A DNA stretch of 59,819 bases, the filler included, from Basidioascus undulatus (lineage: Eukaryota), in assembly GCA_000826855.1 (NCBI GenBank). It is 7 parts of 7 records of this genome, joined end to end, with 100 filler letters (N's around TTAATTAATTAA, not from the genome) between each part and the next. Parts side by side here need not be neighbours in the genome. Positions count along the whole stretch, not along the records: positions 42,858 to 51,290 come from JTLS01001389.1; positions 51,391 to 59,819 come from JTLS01001390.1; 5 more parts are not named here. One strand, given 5' to 3'. The stretch's first letter is position 1; the number at the start of each line of letters is the position of its first letter. Under the pieces are notes generated by a model. That model made no database searches. It was not told where the DNA came from and saw only the letters and a list, made by a program, of their open reading frames with translations. Positions 49,982 through 59,819 of this stretch are shown in pieces. A program made the translations under genes and the position numbers.

Positions 49982-51088
49982 ATGTCCGCCACGCAGACCC
50001 CCCAGCGCCTCCCCTCGCCCTCGCCGCCCCAAACGCTCCACACGCCCCAGTCCAACCTCCGCGCGCCGAGCCCCGCCCGCTCGCCCAGCCCCGGCCAGGC
50101 GTCCGGCGTAGGTCCCGGTGTGGGTCTGCGTGCGACTGCGGGTAGGCAGTCCCTCGGGCCCGCCCCGCGCGGAGGGCTCGCGAGCCCGCGCGTCCAGATG
50201 CGCCCCAACAGCGAGCTCATCGGCCAGGGCACGTGGGGCGGCGCCCTGCCCAGCGCTGGACTGGGCGTTCAGAGCCCGGAAGGTGCGTTCTTGTTCGCGA
50301 CGTCGGAATGCTGGTGGGTAGGATGAACGGCTGACTTTAGGCGGTTCCGGTGATGCTAGCTGCTGCGATCGACCAGTGGTTCGAGAACCTTGGCAACTAC
50401 GAGGCCACTCTTGTGCGTTGCTCGTCTGCTTGTGGTTGTGCGAGCGGTCGAGGGACTAATGGGGAGAGGGCGTGCAGGAGGAGATGGCTGCGGCCTCGAT
50501 GGACCAGAACTTCAAGGAGGAGCTGGTTGCCATCGAGCAGTGTGCGTCCGATGTCGTTGTGCCTCGCTTGAACGAACGCAAAGCTCATTCGCTTTCAATC
50601 GACAGGGTTCCGCGTTCTCTCCGAGGCTGAGCGTACGGCAGCGCTGTACTCTCTTCTCCAGCACTCGACCCAGGTGCGTCCTACCATCCTCTCGGTTCCA
50701 GAACGATTTGGACGCTGACAGTCCCTTCGAATGCAGGTCCAGATCCGCTTCTTCATCACCGTCCTGCAGCAGATGGCGCGCTCGGACCCAATGACAGCTG
50801 CTCTCCTCAGCCCCGCCGTCGGCAAGGATGGTACGTCCACCTCTTAACGCCCGTCCTCACTTTGACCTGATGCTCATCTTCCTACGCTTAGGCGGCTCGA
50901 TGGAGTCCCAGATGGAGGCCAAGCTCGCGCAGATGGGGCTCAAGTCGCCCGGCCTCGGCGGGCCCAAGTCCCCGAGCGTCTCGTCGCCGAACCGCCAGTC
51001 GTCGGGCGACACGCTCCTCTCTCCGGACGACGCGCTCGCGCAGCACCGCGCGCGCCTGAAGGCGAACCGGATCTCCGCGCCGGGCAAC
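49982..51088 (+). CDS. VTS1: Vts1/Smaug-family RNA-binding protein, N-terminal part (SAM domain not present)
   Basis: RPNSEL...SPE/AAAIDQWFENLGNYEATL/EEMAAASMDQNFKEELVAIEQW/FRVLSEAERTAALYSLLQHSTQ/VQIRFFITVLQQMARSDP...NRISAPG. Confidence 0.9.
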
Positions 51089-51270
51089 CTCCCCGGCCCA
51101 GGCACGCTCTACCTCGGCCAGCAGCTCAAGTTCACCCGCCCGGTGAAGCTCGGCGATGCCCTTACCGTGAAGCTGGAAGTGCTGGAAAAACTGCCGAAGA
51201 ACCGCGTGCGCATCGCCACCCGCGTGTTCAACCAGGACGGCAAGCAGGTAGTGGACGGCGAAGCTGAAGT
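51089..51270 (+). other. Bacterial MaoC/PhaJ-type (R)-enoyl-CoA hydratase C-terminal fragment, in frame with VTS1
   Basis: LPGPGTLYLGQQLKFTRPVKLGDALTVKLEVLEKLPKNRVRIATRVFNQDGKQVVDGEAEV; hot-dog-fold motif resembling Pseudomonas PhaJ; intronless, with a shift toward GAA/CTG/GTG codons. Confidence 0.85.
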
Positions 51271-51290
51271 GCCCGACCCGAGCGCCGAGG

Positions 51291-51390
51291 NNNNNNNNNN
51301 NNNNNNNNNNNNNNNNNNNNNNNNNNNNNNNNNNTTAATTAATTAANNNNNNNNNNNNNNNNNNNNNNNNNNNNNNNNNNNNNNNNNNNN
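51291..51390. other. Artificial contig-joining spacer
   Basis: N44-TTAATTAATTAA-N44. Confidence 0.99.
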
Positions 51391-52157
51391 GAACGGGCTG
51401 GGATGGATGGACTCGTAGAGGTCGCGACACGCGAGCGAGAGCGACAGCAGGTCGCGGAGCGAGACGAACGAAAGAACACATGCTCGAAGCTATCCATCCA
51501 AGCGCTTCACGAATACTGTGCGAATAAGCCATTGTCTCTGTGAACTTTAGGTGGCAGATGGCTGACGGCTCGTCACATATTGCAGCTCTGGTCAAGGGAA
51601 CGCAGGGCGCCGCAGTTCTGCTTTTCAGCAGTGAGAGGACTCACTTTACCCAGCCGTTCTACGTTCCTACTAACGAAGATTTCCCGCCTTTTCCTCGCGG
51701 TCGCGGCGTAGTACTTCCTGAGCTTGGCATAGACCTCCTTCGAGCTGTGACATCGGATTCTGCAATGAGGCTGCAAGCGATGCCGCAAGAGAAAGAGACC
51801 TTTCATTAACTCTGTTGCATTCATGGTCCGTCATAGAACCTGGTCAGCTTGGACAGAAGGGCAGCGCGTATCACCATCTGAGTGGAGCACATGACGTATG
51901 TTGGCATGCAAAATGCAGCTGAAGCTCCGGTACAACACAAATATCCAGAAATATTAGGCAGATCCTTTGCCGTTTCTTCAACTCAAGCAACGGGAGGTGT
52001 GGCAAGAGAGCCGCGCCGAGGGACGGTCGCATTCTCCCAAAGCAAACGAGCCCACATTCTTCAAACCAGCAGGCAAGCAGACAGAATATATCATCAATGG
52101 ATGCGCGTCAGATGCAATGAGGATAAATAAGAAAAATCAGAGGGAGATCCAAGAGTT

Positions 52158-55100
52158 CTAGAACAACAAGTTACAGCCGAATGGCTTTGCCGGGGGGTCT
52201 AAGCGGCAACACACTGCGCCGCATGGAAATGATACTGTCAACGGACCGAAGAGAGCCATATAAAATAAGAAAGTACTGACAAAAATATCACCGACCTCGA
52301 GGATCGTGCAGCCCACGTTGATGCCCTCGTTCAGCTCTCGCAAGGTCGCGAAGTCGATGCCGAACTGGTATGCGATAGCGCTGCAGTAGTCACCGGACTT
52401 GACGGTGTACTCCTGAGCACATTCAGTCGCCTCCGAGCAGTCGCCAGTGCCAGATGGGGAAGCAGCGGAGGAGGTCGACGTCGGCGAGCCGTCGAAGACG
52501 CAGCCGACGTCGTGGACACCGAAACCGAGGTGGAGGACGGCGCCGAAGTAGCGGAGCCGGAGTCCGCCCTCAGGCACATAGTGGTGCCGATGACGAGTCC
52601 AGCGCACTGAACGTTGGGGTTGAGAGCCTGCAGGGTTTGCGGGGCTTCGTCAAGCTGCTTGTTTGCAGAACTACGGGAAGGTGGTCTTACTTCAAGCTGG
52701 GCAAGCGTCAATCCGTTGTTGGTCGCGATGAGGTAGCAGTAGTCGCCCGGGACCACCGTGTACGAGAGCAGGCAGGAGATCCCGGCCGCAGCGGACGAAG
52801 TCGCCGCGGGTACGGACGACGACGAGGAAGTACCGACAGACGCCGTGCTGCTGGCCCAGCTAGAGCTGGAGCTCGCGGAGAAAGCAGCCGACGACGACGA
52901 AGTGGTAGTAACACCAGCCGCTGTTGGAATAAGATTCCTGGTCAATGTCTCGAAATACCCTGCAAAGTAGGGTTGGAAACGTACCTCGAGCGAGATAAAT
53001 CTCGGCGCCAATTGCCAAGCCGGCGCACTGCAGGCCGGGGTTAAGCGCTTCCAGCTGAGCGAGGGTCAAGCCGTTGTTGGTAGCGATGAGGCAGCCTGTT
53101 CATAACCGCTGCTTCAGCTTCTGCTCTTGAAAGGGGAAATGAAAAAGAGACAACTGACAGTATTCGCCAGACACAACAGTGTGGATTGACGTGCAAGAAC
53201 CCGACCCCGAGGTGGGCGCGGCAGTAGACGAGGTGGCGGAGGTAGCGGAGGTAGCGGAGGATGCGGTAAATGCGAAAGACGAGGTAACAATGCCCGACGT
53301 GCTCGCAGAGGTGGACGCGGTCATCGAGGTTCCAGTCGACAACGAGGACAGCGCGGAGCCTGAATCGGAAGTTTCAGCTGATGCTTGCCTTAGGCTGCAC
53401 TTGCGCACAATCGTACCTGCACTCAGACACATCACAGTCCCGATACGCAAGCCGGCGCACTCAACGGACGGGTTCAGGGCTTGAAGCTGAGCGATCGTCA
53501 GGCCATTGTTGGTAGCAATCAAGTAGCCTGAGGAGCGGGGGATCAGCCAGGAAGTAGGGGAGTGAGGTAAAACTACACACAGTAATCGCCTGCACAGTGC
53601 CGAGGAATGAGCTTTCCATGTATGGCATGAAGGAGGGAAAATGGGACGCACCAGGTACGACCGTGTAAGTTGATGCGTAGGTGGAGGTCGAAGTTGCAGC
53701 GGCAGAGGTCGTCGTAGCCGTACCCGAAGTGGATCCAGAGGTAGTCGAGCCCACGGAGGAGGTCGAGGTTCCCGAAAGGGTTGAGGTCGGGACCGTTCCG
53801 GTTGTAAGTGGCTGCAGCAGCGTGCTGTGTCAGTACCACTCAGCTGGGAATGCCGAAAAGAGGTCAACGCACTCGCCGCAAGGCAGAGAACTTAGCCGAT
53901 CTCCAGCGCCTGGCAGTTGAGGCCGGGGTTGTATGACAGCAGCTGTGCAAGGCTCAGACCGTGGGCCTCGCTGATTGCATAGCAGTAGTCGCCTGAATCC
54001 CCCGGTTTTGTAAGTCGGAAGCATCAGGCCAAAGTATAGTTTGGATACGTACCGGAAACGACAGTGTAAGTCGACGAGCAAGTCGAGGTAGAGGTCGGTG
54101 CAGCGGAGCTGCTGGTGGTGGTGCCCGAAATGGTGCTCGAGAGAGAGACGGTGGACGAACTGGAGGAAGTCGCGGTGAATGTGGCGGAGACAGTGGACGA
54201 TGCTATATAAGAACATAAAAGAGCATGAGTTGAATTCGACTCAAGGTTAATGGAGGTCGCTTACAGCCGGCAGCAACGCAAAGGACCTGGCCGACCGACA
54301 GCGCAATGCAGTCCGCAGTCGGGTTGAGCGTCGCGAGCTGCGACAACGAAAGCGCATTCGCCTGGGCGATGCTCCAGCACGTATTGCCTGTTGTTTTAAA
54401 ACAAACTCAACAACGCTTGCAGGGAAGCGCGCTCTCGGCGTACGCACCGGAAGCAATAATGTAAGTCTTGGCACAGCCGCTGGAGGGTGCGATGGACGTC
54501 GCGCTCGCCGAGGGCGAGGTCGTAGAGCCAGTCGCGGATGAGGTCGCAGATCCGCTAGCCGTCGAAGCCTGGGTGCTGTATGGGACGGCGCTGACGGTGG
54601 TTCCAGCGCAGGACGAGGTGACGTTGCGCGAAAGAGCAGGAATGGCAGCGAGCGCGGCGGCGTCGTTGCGCACGCCGGCGGAGATGGTACGAAGCAAGCG
54701 GTCCTGGTCATCGTCCTGGTCAAGCGCCCTAGAATCACGGCCTGTCAGTTCTGATCGGGTTGGGGTGAAACGATGCAGTGCACCAGATCATCATCCCCGC
54801 GAGGTCGTTCTGCAGTACCCAGTTGACCTGTTGACGCGCAACTGTCAGTCGCGAGTGGCTGCAGTGATAGTTGGGGTGACATACCTTGCGCTGCATGGGA
54901 GTAGGATCGTCGAAGCTGACCCACGTCTTCGCGTCGCATTTGTACGCGTACCCCGCATCGTAGTTGTTGGCGTCGTGGTAAAAGACGAATGCGCCGTCGT
55001 TCACGAGCTCGCCGTACGTCGGCAGCCGGACCGCGCCGCCGCCCTGCGTCAGAGTGCCAGTGAAGGACTGAAGAAGATCCCCGGTACCGCCGTCGGGAAC

Positions 55101-56958
55101 GCCAGTGTAACCGCGACCGTAGAACGGCACGCTGACCACGCTCAGAAGTCAGGTCGGGCCCGCAGTAAGGAGGATCGCAGCAACGAACCCAATGATGATC
55201 TTCTCCTTCGGGCAGTCCGAGCCCAGCCAACCGCGAACGCCCGCAGAGTTGCGAACACCGAGGCGATCGGCGGAGATCGAAGCACCCGTACCCGTGTAGC
55301 CTTGCAGCGACATGGCGTTTAGAGGAGCCTGGTGGGCGGTGATCCGCGGCGAGTCGAAAGAGCCGTGCATGTCGTCTGCCCCCCAAAAAATAGTCCAGCT
55401 TCAGCATGACCTTTACAAATCTTCAACTCTCGGCGACGTACAGTCCATGATATTCACGTAGTCCAGCGAGGGGCAGATAGCCGAAGCGAGCGCCGACGCC
55501 TGGTCGTTACCGGCCGACGCAGCGATGGTGATCTTCTTCGAGCCGAGCGCAGTGCGAAGGTCGCGCAGGAAGGCACCGAAGTATTCCACGTCGTTCACAC
55601 GGTTGGGCTGCTGCGAGTAGCTGTCGGGGTCGGCAGCGTCGTGCTCGTACAGCGGGTACCTGCGAAGAAACCTGAAGTCACCGCGCTGCCCTACGAGTAA
55701 ATTGATGAGATAACACGTACTCCCAGTCCAAGTCGACACCGTCGAAGCCGAAGTAGTCGAGGTATTCGACGATGGACTTGATGAAAGCGGCCCGGTACTT
55801 CGGAGACGTTGCTGGCGTGAAGTTGTTCGAGTCGTACCTGCACTTGCATGTTGGTTCCTCATCGATGCGCTGCGAAATATCGTGAACTCGCTTACCATCC
55901 ACCCACAGAGAGGATCATCTCGATGCTGGGGTGGGATTTCTTAACCTGATTGAGCAGGTAGTTGTACTGGGTCACCCGCGACGCAGTCAGCCTCTCGCCT
56001 TGAACTGCAGGATGCTGCCGTCTGGAAGAGACTTACTTGACCGCACGCGGCTTGAACCGTACCTCCGCAAGTAGTGTGGAACCGGCTTGCAGCAGGCAGA
56101 AGAGTCTGGCACGTCCGGCTGCCCGCGGCGCCGCCCTTGTTGACGCAGCTGGTTTGGGTGGTCGGGCACGAGCCGTCCGCGTTTTTCGCTCCGATGTAGG
56201 GAGCAAGAGCGAGTGCAGGAGCGCCGGTAGAGTCAGTACAGAAGCCGTCGGAGGCCTAATGTCCAAAGAAAAGATGTGATGAGTCGTACTTGGCGTTAAG
56301 AAAGGAAACTGAGACTTACCAGGGGCATACAGTCGACGTTCGCACCCCAGCATCCAGTGCCGTCCGCCAGCCCGACGTTTCCGCATATACCTGCCTTGCG
56401 GAGTTTGTTAAACTCTCATGGCTCGCAAGACGGAGAAGTAAGAGAAAGCACGTACCAACATCAGCCCATGGGTCCGTCATGTCAATGTAGTACACGCCGA
56501 GACTGGGCGAATAGGCGATGGTAGCGAATGCTGAACGTCGAGGGTGAGACAACGTTAATCGACATCGCCAGGGGACACTGAGAAAGGGGAGGACTTACCA
56601 TGGTTGATCGCATCCAAGGCTTTCAGTTGAGTCTCCGACATGGGTTGCCAGCCATCAGAACTAGAGTAGAACTATGCCAACCAAGCGCTCACGAAGGTCA
56701 GTCGCCGATCGCGAGCGTTCTAGTCCGTCGCTTAAGAGACACAAGCGCGCCTTCCAGTTGCTGTAGTACCCCACGACGCGCTTCCCGGACGGGGCGGGAG
56801 CGCCAGAGAAGCCGGACTGGTAGTTGGCCAGGCACTGCGCTTCGGGCGTAGCCTGTCGGGATGCGACGTTGGCGTGCCGGGAGGAGGAGCGAGGGGAGTG
56901 CGCGGACGCGGCGCTGGCCAGCAGCGCCGAAGCATACTGCTTTTCGAGATGTGCGCAT
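52158..56958 (-). pseudogene. Secreted GH18 chitinase with six C-terminal LysM domains and Ser/Thr linkers; carries inactivating lesions
   Basis: [73 protein letters not shown]; six CxxxYTVxxGDYCxxIAxxxGLTLAQLxALNPxxxCxxLxIG units; apparent frameshift in the signal peptide, TAA at 53892-53894 in LysM2, frameshift near 52490. Confidence 0.9.
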
Positions 56959-57624
56959 TGCGGACGCGTTATCGAACAACTATTAGGGAGTGAAAGTGGA
57001 TGAGAGAGAGAGAGAGGAAGGCCGCCACGTCCTCCTCGGCCTCGCAAAAAAACAAACACCGCCCCACACACCCGCACGCCCGCACGCCTTCCGCCATCAG
57101 AGGCTAGAGTCGCAACAGGGCCAGGGCCCGGAGTAGGCAATCATGGTCGTCGCAGGATCTGAGCAGAGACATTGCAACGCATAAGCTCCGAGCCGTGGCG
57201 GGTGGGAAATACGCGCTGCGCGGCCGGAAAATCAATAATCGCGCGCGATCGAGTACATACTTGTATTGCCACCCGGCCGCTGCCGCGTTTGCAAGAACGT
57301 CTAATAATGCTGCTCAAGTTTGTCATTGAGGCATCTTGGGTGGTAAGAAATATGGATTTGGAAATAATAGTCACCGAGCTGACACGCCTTGACAGTGGGC
57401 TGAGCCGAGGGAGCTGAGACCGCACAGCGAGCAACTGGCGATGCACCTACCTACCGTGTCGTCTGCAGCTGGAGCTTGCCTCTTGCTCGGTGCGACGCCG
57501 ATGTCGGCGTGTGACAACAACATCCACAATCGAACATCAGTCAGCAGCACTCTTCCTCAAGTCGTTGGTTCATCACATCTCTATCCATGCACCTCCCTCC
57601 CACGCCTCTCCTGCATCCATCCCC

Positions 57625-59819
57625 TCAGAACCCGCCGGCTTCCCTCCACCGGGCAATGCGCTGCCCGAGCTCTTTCGCGAGGTCCTCGACCTTCACGATG
57701 TCGCCCTCGCCCGCGCCGCCCTCCTTGCCGCGCTGCTCCTTGATGCGCGCCTGGCCGTCGGCCCACTCCTTCGGCGCAAGGAGCACCGTGAACGGGATGC
57801 GGTCCTTGTCGACCGTCTCGAACTGCTTCTGCGGCTTGGGCTTATTCTTGTACATGAACTCGGCCTGCCAGAAATGCATGTATGTTATCGGGTCGATGTC
57901 AAGATATGAAGAAAAGGGCAGAAAGCGGAAAAGGGGAGGAGCGAGGCGCACCTTGATGCCCACGTCCCACAGCTGCTTCGTGACCTGCATGCGCTCGAGC
58001 AGCAGCCCGTCGCCCATAGCCATGACGTACACCTCCGTTTCCTTCCCGCGCCGTGCCGCCTCCTGCTCGCGCTGCTGGCGCTGCATCAAGATGGAGAACA
58101 CGCGCTCGACGCCGATCGACACGCCGACGCAGGGGATCTGGCTCGCGGCGCCCCCGCCCGCAAACATCCCGACCAGGTTGTCGTACCGCCCGCCGGCGGC
58201 GATCGACCCCACCCCGACCTGCGACTCGTCCACCTCCTCCTCGCCCTCCGCGTCCTTCTTCTTCGACTTGGAGGACTTCTTGGGTACCTCCACGTCCGCC
58301 GGGAGAGGCTTCGGCGGCGCGGAGCCTTCGACGACTGCCTCGTAGATCACGCCCGTGTAGTAGTCTAGCCCGCGCGCGAGGGAGAGGTCGAACGAGAACT
58401 GGCGGGAGGCACAGCCCTCGTCAGCCAACTTTCTCGAAAAGAACCCCCTTATAAGCGGCGGCGCACCTTGCTGCTGACGCCGTAGACATCAAGGTACTTG
58501 AACAGGAGCTCCATGTCGGCCAGGCCCGCCTTCGCCGACTCGTTGCCGGTCAGTTTCGCGTCGTGCTTCAGCTTCTCGACGAGCTCCTTGCCGCCTGCGC
58601 GTGTGGTTCGTAGGTGAGCGTGAGCACCAGCGTCGCAAACCATGTGCGCAGGAAAGTGAAAAGGACGCACCCTTCAGCTGAACGTACTCCCAGATCCGGT
58701 CCGCAACGTCCTCCGCGAGACCCTTCTCGACAGTCATCTCCTTCCGGACCTCAGACCAGGGGGACTGTCGGGGAGAGGCGTTAGTCTCCGCATAGGCCTC
58801 GTCGCGCTGTGAAAGCCAAGCCAACGCACCTTGTCGAGCTTGTCGACGGCAGAGGAGATGGTGCGGATCTTGTCGTCCGGCACGCCAGAGAGCGAGAAGA
58901 TGCCGTCGAGGATCTTGCGGTGATTGATCTGTTCGCACCCACATGCCTCATTTCAGCACCCGTTCTCGTTCCTTCAGAAAAGAAAACGAACTTTGATCGT
59001 GAAGTCGCCAACGTCCAGCTCCGACAGCGCCTCGACGAGGACTACGAGCGCCTCGGAGTCGGGGAGCATGGGGTCGAACACGCCGGCGATGTCAAAGTCC
59101 TGCCAGCCTCATACTGCGTGAGCCAGAAGTGAGGAAAAGGGAAGGCGGACCGGGCGGGCGACGCACGCATTGGTAGAACTCGCGCATGCGGCCCTTGGAC
59201 ATGGCGGGCTGGTCGCGGCGGTAGACCTTGGCGATGTGGTAGCGCTTGATGGCGGGGTACTGGGAGCCGTTCATAGCGAGGAAGCGAGCGAAGGGGACCT
59301 GATTTCCACCCCGAATTCCTCAGCCTTCTTCCGTTTCATCACTACGAGAAGGGAGGGGAGGAAGGGGGGAGGAAGACGCACAGTGAGGTCGTAGCGAAGA
59401 CTGCAGAGCTCGCCGCCCTGGTCCTGGAGGTCGTAGATGAGCTTCGAGTCCTCGCCGTACTTTCCGGCGAGGATCTCCTTGAGCTCGAAGACGGGGGTGT
59501 CAATCGTCACGCCGCCGTGCTTCTTGAACACGCGCGAGATGGTGCTGAAGATGTGCTCGCGCACGGCCATCTCGTTCGGCGTCCAGTCGCGGGTGCCCTG
59601 CGGATCCCACCAACCATTCTCAGCAAACTATCAGGACGCTGATCCCATGATAACAACTCACCTTCGGCGTCTTAAGCGTGTACTTCTCGCTCTTCCCCTT
59701 CCTGTCCTTCTTCTCCTTCCCGCCTGGCTTCGGGGCGTCCGTCCTAGGCGCCTTCTCCTCCTTGATCCTCCCTCCCTCCTTCTCCTTCGCCTGCCCCTTG
59801 CCCTCGGCCTCAACCTTCT
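57625..59819 (-). CDS. HTS1: Histidyl-tRNA synthetase (5' end outside window)
   Basis: YTLKTPK/GTRDW...[47 protein letters not shown]...[26 protein letters not shown]...[18 protein letters not shown]...[14 protein letters not shown]...[12 protein letters not shown]. Confidence 0.98.

Noticed and set aside
2608..53894. Stop-codon reassignment explaining the in-frame stops
   Set aside because: All three stop types occur internally, usually alongside frameshifts, and intact genes end normally in TAA or TGA; pseudogenisation fits better.
14678..56958. Defensin, micropeptide, lysozyme-like gene and chitinase as one defence cluster
   Set aside because: They lie on four different unlinked contigs; the adjacency comes from concatenation.

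Overview
This is eukaryotic, intron-rich, GC-rich fungal DNA. The GTGCGT/GTCCGT/GTACGT splice donors, CTGAC/CTAAC branch sites and protein sequences point to a basidiomycete, probably Pucciniomycotina/Microbotryomycetes-like yeast. It is not one locus: seven unlinked contigs of about 8.4-8.5 kb, in descending length, are joined by artificial 100-bp N44-TTAATTAATTAA-N44 spacers, so gene neighbourhood means something only within a contig. Genes without visible lesions (several cut by contig ends) include beta-tubulin, ATG8, eIF4B, histidyl-tRNA synthetase, a SNAPc3-like fragment, an F-box/WD40 protein, an FHA protein, a secreted intradiol dioxygenase, a zinc-ribbon protein and an intron-containing tRNA-Asp. 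There is also a LINE reverse transcriptase. Many accessory genes are decaying: an MFS pump, an SDR, a PEP-hydrolase-like TIM barrel, a GH18-LysM chitinase, two related F-box-like genes, a YvgO-like gene and a secreted lysozyme-like protein. The most notable items are (i) three in-frame gene chimeras (eIF2B-beta::galactonate dehydratase, Nhp6::Mago nashi, Vts1::bacterial MaoC/PhaJ), which may be amplification or assembly artefacts; (ii) candidate antibacterial secreted products: an intact 8-Cys defensin with a GC-AG intron, a 33-aa secreted micropeptide and an actinobacterial-type lysozyme-like protein with Cys-rich repeats; (iii) selective pseudogenisation of accessory genes. All family assignments come from manual motif recognition, not database searches.
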